DNA from: an uncultured Acidobacteriota bacterium
GTDB taxonomy: Bacteria > Acidobacteriota > UBA6911
Length of the DNA stretch: 64,000 nt
Reading direction: 5' to 3'
Assembly (NCBI GenBank): GCA_964642735.1
Contig: CAZXSV010000002.1
Coordinates: forward strand, 16,354-80,353
The notes under the pieces were generated by a model. That model made no database searches and had not been told where the DNA came from. It worked only from the letters and a program-made list of their open reading frames with translations. A program made the position numbers and the translations under genes. This document shows positions 58,902 to 64,000 of the stretch, in pieces (position 1 is the first letter of the stretch; each line of letters opens with the position of its first letter).

Positions 58902-59409
58902 AATCGACGATGTACACTTCGAGCACCTTGACGTCGGGAGCGACGGCGCCTATGCGTAAACGGATTTCATTGCGCAATTTGTCCTTGCCTTGCGGCGTCA
59001 ATATCTGGTCCGCTGTTTTAGAGCTAAGCAGCGAGATGATGGAGTCGCGAATGGACGCAATCGCTGCAGGGCTCTTGGCTTCTTCATCGGGCTCTTCTTC
59101 AAGGCCGAGGTAGAAAGTCGTTTTGACAAATCGAATCTCTTCCTTGTCCGCAAGGTTCACCAGGAAAGGATCCAAAGCCAGGGTGGCTTTGACCTGCGTC
59201 GCCTTCGGGCTCTTTTCAAATATCCCGATTTTGCCTTTGAGATAAGGGGCGGCGAAAAAAGCCGCACTGCCGAGCAGGACAAGAATGGCGGCGCCCGCCG
59301 CAATCAACAGCAGCTTGCGCGACTTGCCCGTGTTTTCAGTCCCGGGCTTGTTTTCGACAATCGGCTTGCTTTCCACCTTGGGTTTTGCCTTTACGTCCAT
59401 CGCACTCAT
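58885..59409 (-). CDS. fliL: Basal-body-associated protein FliL
   Basis: TM LLLIAAGAAILVLLGSAAFF, then LDPFLVNL...RFVKTTFYL...IRDSIISLLSSKT. ATG 59409 is preferred because the sigma54 element at 59455-59470 lies too close to the track start 59448. Confidence 0.8.
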   Translation of the reverse strand: MSAMDVKAKPKVESKPIVENKPGTENTGKSRKLLLIAAGAAILVLLGSAAFFAAPYLKGKIGIFEKSPKATQVKATLALDPFLVNLADKEEIRFVKTTFYLGLEEEPDEEAKSPAAIASIRDSIISLLSSKTADQILTPQGKDKLRNEIRLRIGAVAPDVKVLEVYIVDFVVQL

Positions 59410-59454
59410 GCACCGCCTCCAAAAGCGTAGGTTCACTCCCGAGAGCACCTAGAA

Positions 59455-59470
59455 TGCAAGTCACATGCCA
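59455..59470 (-). promoter_or_regulatory. Sigma54-type -24/-12 promoter upstream of fliL
   Basis: Minus strand TGGCATGTGACTTGCA, -12 element 47 nt upstream of ATG 59409. Confidence 0.6.
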
Positions 59471-59633
59471 AGCGAAAAAATGCCGACCCAAAGCTAAAAG
59501 CGTGGTTTCGAGGGGGAAAAAGGGGCTGAAGGGATCCAAGAGGGCTTGAAATGGCCTGAATAGTCGGGCAATTTCAAAATGCGGCGGGGCGCAGTGTCAA
59601 ACGATCTCACTTGTTTGACAAATTCCTGACGTC

Positions 59634-60800
59634 TTAGCAGCCGAATTCGCTTTCTTCGGCGAACCAAGCCTGGTTCTTGCCGGCCTTCTTTGCTCTATAG
59701 AGCGCATTGTCGGCACGCAGGATGATTTCCCGGGCGTCGAGGCATACAAAAGTCGTGCAGCAGGCCACCCCGATGCTGAGGGTCCTGTGCATAGGAACCG
59801 AGCCAAGGGTGAATTCATGGGAAGAAAAGGTTGAAAGCAGGTTTTCAGCGACTCTGGCCGCGCCGGCATTGTTGGTGCGCGGCAGAATGACCGTGAATTC
59901 CTCGCCGCCGTATCTGGCCACAAAATCGGTCACTCGAAGGGCGCGCTTCAGAAGCATTCCGGTCTGCCGCAAGAATTCGTCGCCAGCCTGATGTCCATAG
60001 ACGTCGTTAATTTGCTTGAAATCGTCGATGTCCATCATCAAGCAGCTGAAAATTTCGCCGTAGCGTCGCGCCCGTGCGATTTCCATATCGAGCCGTTCGA
60101 ACAGCCGGCGTTTGTTGAACAATCCCGTGCACTCGTCGGTATGGGCCAGTTCCTGCAGTTTTTCGTTCAATTGAGTGAGGCGCAGATCGTGATCTTTCAA
60201 GCGGGCATTGGCCGTCGCCAACTCCTGCTTGGTAAGAACATTGTCCAGCGACGAGGAAAGATGCGCCGCTACCAGCGAACCAAGATGGTATTCAATCTCA
60301 TCAAAGCGATGAGGCCGGTTCGAAATCATCTCAATGCAGCCGACGACCTTTCCCAGGGCGGCAAAAGGAAACGCCATTATGGAACGCCACGGAGCGTCGC
60401 CCGCAGCTTCGGTGCATTTTTTCTGTTTTTTTGATGAATGCGTGTCGGGCATCCAAAGGGGAGTGCCGGACCGGATGACGCTGCCCGCGATTCCGCTGTC
60501 CAGGGGGACGATCTCCTCCTCTTTCGGAACGTCCGGCCCCGAAAGCTTCATCTTCCGATAGCGAGCCTCATCGACAACGCAAAGCCTCGTCTGGTCGTCC
60601 GGGAAGCATTCCTGAAAATAGGATCGCAAAATGTTCTGGAGATGCTCAACGTCCCGGGCGCAGTTCATGGAATTGGAAAGCGCGTTAATGGCCAAAAGGC
60701 GCCGGTAGAGATCCACCGCGCGTTCCTGGGATGGAACGGTCTGCCGAAGCAGGTCTAAAAGGCCTTTCCCACGAGTAATAGCCGTCGCCGCAATTGCCAT
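59634..60800 (-). CDS. GAF-domain diguanylate cyclase (GGDEF, GGEEF active site plus RxxD I-site)
   Basis: N-terminal GAF-like region. C-terminal DECTGLFNKRRL, DIDDFKQINDVYGHQAGD, and RVTD-x5-GGEEF. Confidence 0.9.
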   Translation of the reverse strand: MAIAATAITRGKGLLDLLRQTVPSQERAVDLYRRLLAINALSNSMNCARDVEHLQNILRSYFQECFPDDQTRLCVVDEARYRKMKLSGPDVPKEEEIVPLDSGIAGSVIRSGTPLWMPDTHSSKKQKKCTEAAGDAPWRSIMAFPFAALGKVVGCIEMISNRPHRFDEIEYHLGSLVAAHLSSSLDNVLTKQELATANARLKDHDLRLTQLNEKLQELAHTDECTGLFNKRRLFERLDMEIARARRYGEIFSCLMMDIDDFKQINDVYGHQAGDEFLRQTGMLLKRALRVTDFVARYGGEEFTVILPRTNNAGAARVAENLLSTFSSHEFTLGSVPMHRTLSIGVACCTTFVCLDAREIILRADNALYRAKKAGKNQAWFAEESEFGC

Positions 60801-60820
60801 AGGCCGCCCTTTTTGCGATA

Positions 60821-60913
60821 TTAACCCGCATTATTCATGAAGGTTCAATGCTCGTTGTTCTCTGTCGTTGCGGCTCGGGATTCATTGATTCTTCAATGAA
60901 TCCCGAGCCTTGA
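60821..60913. mobile_element. 93-bp MITE-like repeat, copy C (degenerate right end), containing a perfect 16-bp hairpin
   Basis: Left end TTAACCCGCATTATTCATGAAGG is identical to copy B. Right end CTTCAATGAATCCCGAGCCTTGA. Hairpin GCTCGGGATTCATTGA-TTCT-TCAATGAATCCCGAGC at 60873-60908. The element fills the flgE-dgc spacer. Confidence 0.6.
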
Positions 60914-60915
60914 AG

Positions 60916-62151
60916 CTATCGTTTCAAATTCAAGGAATCCTGGTAAAGCTCGTCTGTCGTCGTGATGATTTTGGAGTTCGCCTGATAGGCCCGCTGTGCG
61001 ACGATCAGGTTTACAAACTCCTGAGCCATATCGACGTTGGACTGCTCCAGGGAAGCCCCGACCACCGTGCCGCGCCCGCCGGATCCCGCCGCGCCGACGG
61101 AAGGATCTCCCGAGCTTGGAAAAGAGACGTAAGTGCTCCCGTTATATTTCTGAAGCCCTTCGACATTCGGGAAATCCGCTATAGCCAACTGCGCCAATTG
61201 CACGGAATCGCCGTTTTCGGAAACGCCTATGATGACGCCTGCGCTGTCAATGTTTATTTCCTTGAGAGCGCTGGCCCCCGAACCATTCTGAGAGGGCGTG
61301 AAAGTGGACGTTCCGGTGGCTTGACTCGTGACGATGGGGATGCCGTTTGCGTCTCTCAGTCCGAGCGACAAGGACATATCGGCCGCTCCGCTGGCGAGCC
61401 CGGCAATGCTCAAAACAGGATTGTCGACGGGCGCGCTCAAAATCCCGGAACTGTCAAAAACGAGGGCGCCGCCGCCAATTTGCACTGGTGGATCATCGAT
61501 TCCCCCCCCGAGATCGGCCGCCGGTATTGTCGCGGTCCAATCCCATGCGGTGCCTGATCCGTTAAAATTGATGGTCAGGTTGTGCGTCACTCCCAGCGAA
61601 TCATAGACCTGCACGCTGGTCGCCCCGCGAGTGGAAGTGGAGTCGAGATTGCCCGGAATGCTTATTTCCGTCGTCGCCATCGCCGGCATGATCTGCCCTT
61701 TGCTGATCTCGATCGGGGTCAAAACGCCGCTGTTGTCGATTTGTCCATTAGTCGCCATATAGCCCAGGAGCGGATATCCATCGGCGCTAACAAGACCGCC
61801 ATTCCTGTCAAATTCAAATTTGCCCGAACGGGTGTACCCCTGGCCTCCTTCCATCGCGACCACAAAAAAACCATTCCCGTTGATGGCGGCGTCCGTCGAT
61901 TTCCCCGTATAGCTTACCGTGCCCTGATTGGTGGAATGCGTAATTCCATTCAAAGTGCTGCCCAGCCCAAATACGATCGGATTGCCGTTCGTGCTCGTGC
62001 CTGAAAGCCCCGCCAGCAACTCGGCGAAATTTGCCTTCCCGGCCTTAAAAGAGGTGGTATTCATATTTGCAAGGTTGTCGCCAATGATATTGATTGCCAA
62101 GCTGTTGTTGTTCAATCCGGTCAAGGCAGTGTAAAATGAAGTCAGTGGCAT
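60916..62151 (-). CDS. flgE: Flagellar hook protein FlgE
   Basis: MPLTSFYTALTGLNNNSLAINIIGDNLANMNTTSFK ... LEQSNVDMAQEFVNLIVAQRAYQANSKII. Confidence 0.9.
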   Translation of the reverse strand: MPLTSFYTALTGLNNNSLAINIIGDNLANMNTTSFKAGKANFAELLAGLSGTSTNGNPIVFGLGSTLNGITHSTNQGTVSYTGKSTDAAINGNGFFVVAMEGGQGYTRSGKFEFDRNGGLVSADGYPLLGYMATNGQIDNSGVLTPIEISKGQIMPAMATTEISIPGNLDSTSTRGATSVQVYDSLGVTHNLTINFNGSGTAWDWTATIPAADLGGGIDDPPVQIGGGALVFDSSGILSAPVDNPVLSIAGLASGAADMSLSLGLRDANGIPIVTSQATGTSTFTPSQNGSGASALKEINIDSAGVIIGVSENGDSVQLAQLAIADFPNVEGLQKYNGSTYVSFPSSGDPSVGAAGSGGRGTVVGASLEQSNVDMAQEFVNLIVAQRAYQANSKIITTTDELYQDSLNLKR

Positions 62152-62217
62152 CAGATTTCTCCCGATCCGGACAGGCCGGAATCATAGACATTAATTTTTT
62201 GCGTCAAACCTGATCGG

Positions 62218-62496
62218 CTAAGCGGTCACAGCGGCGCTTTCAGCTGCCGCGCCGACAAGCTTCGAAACGCCCTGATTGATGGATATGAGCTGCTCCAGCG
62301 AGCTGAAAGTCGCCAGCTGTGCGATAAACTGCTGGTTGTCGACCGGATTCATTGGATCCTGGTTTTGAAGCTGCGCAACGAGAAGCTCAAGGAACTGGTT
62401 CGTTCCAATTTCGTTGGCAACCTTGGCAACAGCGCTGGAAGTCTGCAGTGAAGCTTGTTGACTCGATCCTGTGGCGTCAATGCTGCTCATTCTCAA
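62218..62496 (-). CDS. flgD: Hook-cap protein FlgD, N-terminal-domain-only form (92 aa)
   Basis: GTNQFLELLVAQLQNQDPMNPVDNQQFIAQLATFSSLEQL is the FlgD N-terminal signature. The ORF stops soon after it. Confidence 0.75.
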   Translation of the reverse strand: MRMSSIDATGSSQQASLQTSSAVAKVANEIGTNQFLELLVAQLQNQDPMNPVDNQQFIAQLATFSSLEQLISINQGVSKLVGAAAESAAVTA

Positions 62497-62567
62497 TTTC
62501 CTTCATCTTTAGATTTAATTTCTCAAGCCGTCCGAAAAACCGTATCCGGCGGCTTCCACTATGCTCT

Positions 62568-62583
62568 TGCACAATTCGTGCCA
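62568..62583 (-). promoter_or_regulatory. Sigma54-type -24/-12 promoter upstream of flgD-flgE
   Basis: Minus strand TGGCACGAATTGTGCA, -12 element 72 nt upstream of the flgD ATG. Confidence 0.55.
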
Positions 62584-62693
62584 ATCGCCGGCCATCGCAG
62601 TCTTGGATGCATGTTCAATCATTTCAACATTTGATAAATTGTCCCGATCGGCCATTTTAAAATTGGATCCTGAAAAAATTGCCTATGGGCAAA

Positions 62694-64000
62694 TTATGCA
62701 ATGGTGTGAAACCGGCTTCTGGGGCCGGAGAACGACGTCAGGCCGTCGGTCACAATCTCTTCCGCCTGGTCAGGAATCCCTGATTCCATGGATCGAGCGG
62801 ATTTTCGCGTTTCTCCCCCATGGCTGCCCCCGCCGGCATGCCCGAACGGCGACGGCTGGCCCGACTCCTGATGCGGATCAAAAACTTCTTGAACTGAGAT
62901 CTGGAGGCGTTCCACTTTCAAGCCCTGGTCCTGAAGAGTCTGCTGAAGGATATGCAGGTTGTTTTCCAGGTAGTTTCGGACGCTTCCCGATTCGACCGCG
63001 ATGCGCGCAACAACGCCGTTGACTGTTGACACCGCCCTTATTTCCAAACTGCCAAGGTTTTCCGGCTTCAATTGAATGCGTATTTCCCCTCTTCCATTCC
63101 GAAGCTGCAATTGGATTTTTTCAGCGACTTGGTATACGAGCTCGCCAGGCCGAGCGGAAGCGGCCGGATCGGAATTTGAAAGGGGCTGGGTGGCGACTGC
63201 GAAGCGATCCAAGCCGGAAGAAACAGCCGCCGTTTTCTCCCGGGAATGCTCCACTCGACCGGTACCGGACTTCATCAAATCCGAACCATCCGATTTCTTT
63301 CGCTGCTCCATAATTGCCGAAAACTGATCAGGGGCGCGCTCCGGATCCGACTGGGACCCTCCCTCATCTTTTTCTTCGGAGAATCTTTTGCCTGAGGCTT
63401 CCGGCCCCTTGAGAACGCCGGCCAAAGGATTTTCCTTCGGCAAGTCGCCAGAATCAGGCGCTGAAATACTGTTGTCTTCCGAAATCAATAGATTCGCGGC
63501 CGCAAGGGCGTCAGTCCGCGGGATCGATTCCCGGCTTGTTTCCCGGATTGCCGGCGCCGTCCCGGTCGGATCCGCTTGGAAACGTGCGTCCGCCGAGTCT
63601 GTGAAGGTCGATTCGCTTGCAGCGGCGATTCCCGAAACCGCAGGATGTTTGTCGCGACTCATGGCGGGACTGGCGGATAGGATTCCTTGTCGCAAATCGG
63701 CGTTCGGTTCCAACTCGGGCGTCGTCGCTTTTGGGGCGGAATTTTCAGCAAATCCCTTTTGTTTCGAGCCTTCCGCATCCTGCGCTTCCCTTTGCCGGGG
63801 ATTCAAAACAGCCGCAGCATTGTCCTGAATTCCGGCGGTTTCGACCGGGGAGTCGGCGGAAGATGGGATAGCTTTGCCGTGCATTGCAATATTGCGTTCT
63901 GATAGGCCGGCCTCATGCTGGAGGGAATCCACCGTGCTTTCAAAGAGTGTCTGATTTGCAGTCGAAACGCCTGCGCTGTTTCCGGGGACGGAATCCGCTT
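62694..64000 (-). CDS. fliK: Hook-length control protein FliK (C-terminal Flg_hook domain); probably 5'-truncated by the window edge
   Basis: C-terminal GEIRIQLKPENLGSLEIRAVSTVNGVVARIAVESGSVRNYLENNLHILQQTLQDQGLKVERLQISV. The track start is a GTG at 63932, but the frame stays open (own check) to position 64000. Confidence 0.75.
   Translation of the reverse strand, partial: ADSVPGNSAGVSTANQTLFESTVDSLQHEAGLSERNIAMHGKAIPSSADSPVETAGIQDNAAAVLNPRQREAQDAEGSKQKGFAENSAPKATTPELEPNADLRQGILSASPAMSRDKHPAVSGIAAASESTFTDSADARFQADPTGTAPAIRETSRESIPRTDALAAANLLISEDNSISAPDSGDLPKENPLAGVLKGPEASGKRFSEEKDEGGSQSDPERAPDQFSAIMEQRKKSDGSDLMKSGTGRVEHSREKTAAVSSGLDRFAVATQPLSNSDPAASARPGELVYQVAEKIQLQLRNGRGEIRIQLKPENLGSLEIRAVSTVNGVVARIAVESGSVRNYLENNLHILQQTLQDQGLKVERLQISVQEVFDPHQESGQPSPFGHAGGGSHGGETRKSARSMESGIPDQAEEIVTDGLTSFSGPRSRFHTIA

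Noticed and set aside
62515-62655. 46-aa minus-strand ORF (MADRDNLSNVEMIEHASKTAMAGDWHELCK...) in the fliK-flgD gap.
   Set aside because: It has no Shine-Dalgarno sequence. It is overlapped by the sigma54-type element at 62568-62583, which better explains the conservation-like features. It could only be retained if found conserved in relatives.

Overview
Moderately GC-rich window from a diderm bacterium (L- and P-ring genes are present). The phylum cannot be assigned from sequence alone. The left ~20 kb is mostly housekeeping: thiM (partial), hrpB, an orphan NusG paralog, tsaC/sua5, a dual-specificity phosphatase, terC, an alpha/beta hydrolase, mglB-mglA, carA-carB, lepB, rnz and a response-regulator/HD-GYP phosphodiesterase. 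From ~20.2 kb to the right edge is a ~44-kb motility supercluster. In order it holds flbD-motA-motB; a nonulosonic-acid (pseudaminic/legionaminic-type) flagellin glycosylation operon; two tandem short flagellins; maf; fliD-fliS; and a long minus-strand run. That run is fliK, flgD, flgE, a GAF-GGDEF cyclase, fliL, a fliN-like gene, fliOPQR, flhBA, flhFG, fliA, fliMN, HDOD, a DUF2802-like gene, an MshEN-like gene, flgFGAHI, a flgJ-M23 fusion, flgM, flgN, flgKL, fliW, csrA and a glycosyltransferase. No rRNA, tRNA, CRISPR array or transposase gene was seen. Four observations stand out. (1) Four c-di-GMP-related genes are built into or beside the flagellar operons, including a stand-alone MshEN-type putative c-di-GMP receptor and a cyclase placed directly behind flgE. 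(2) A recurring sigma28-type motif (TAA[AG]-N15/16-GACGATA[AT]) occurs five times and a sigma54-type motif (TGGCA[CT]-N5-[TG]TGC) three to four times, which partitions the cluster into classes. (3) A MITE-like repeat family with TTAACCCGCATTATTCATGAAG ends has copies touching gene ends; one supplies the C-terminus and stop codon of a gene. (4) Both flagellin leaders carry CsrA-type GGA hairpins next to fliW-csrA. All functional calls come from motif recognition by eye. No database search was run.
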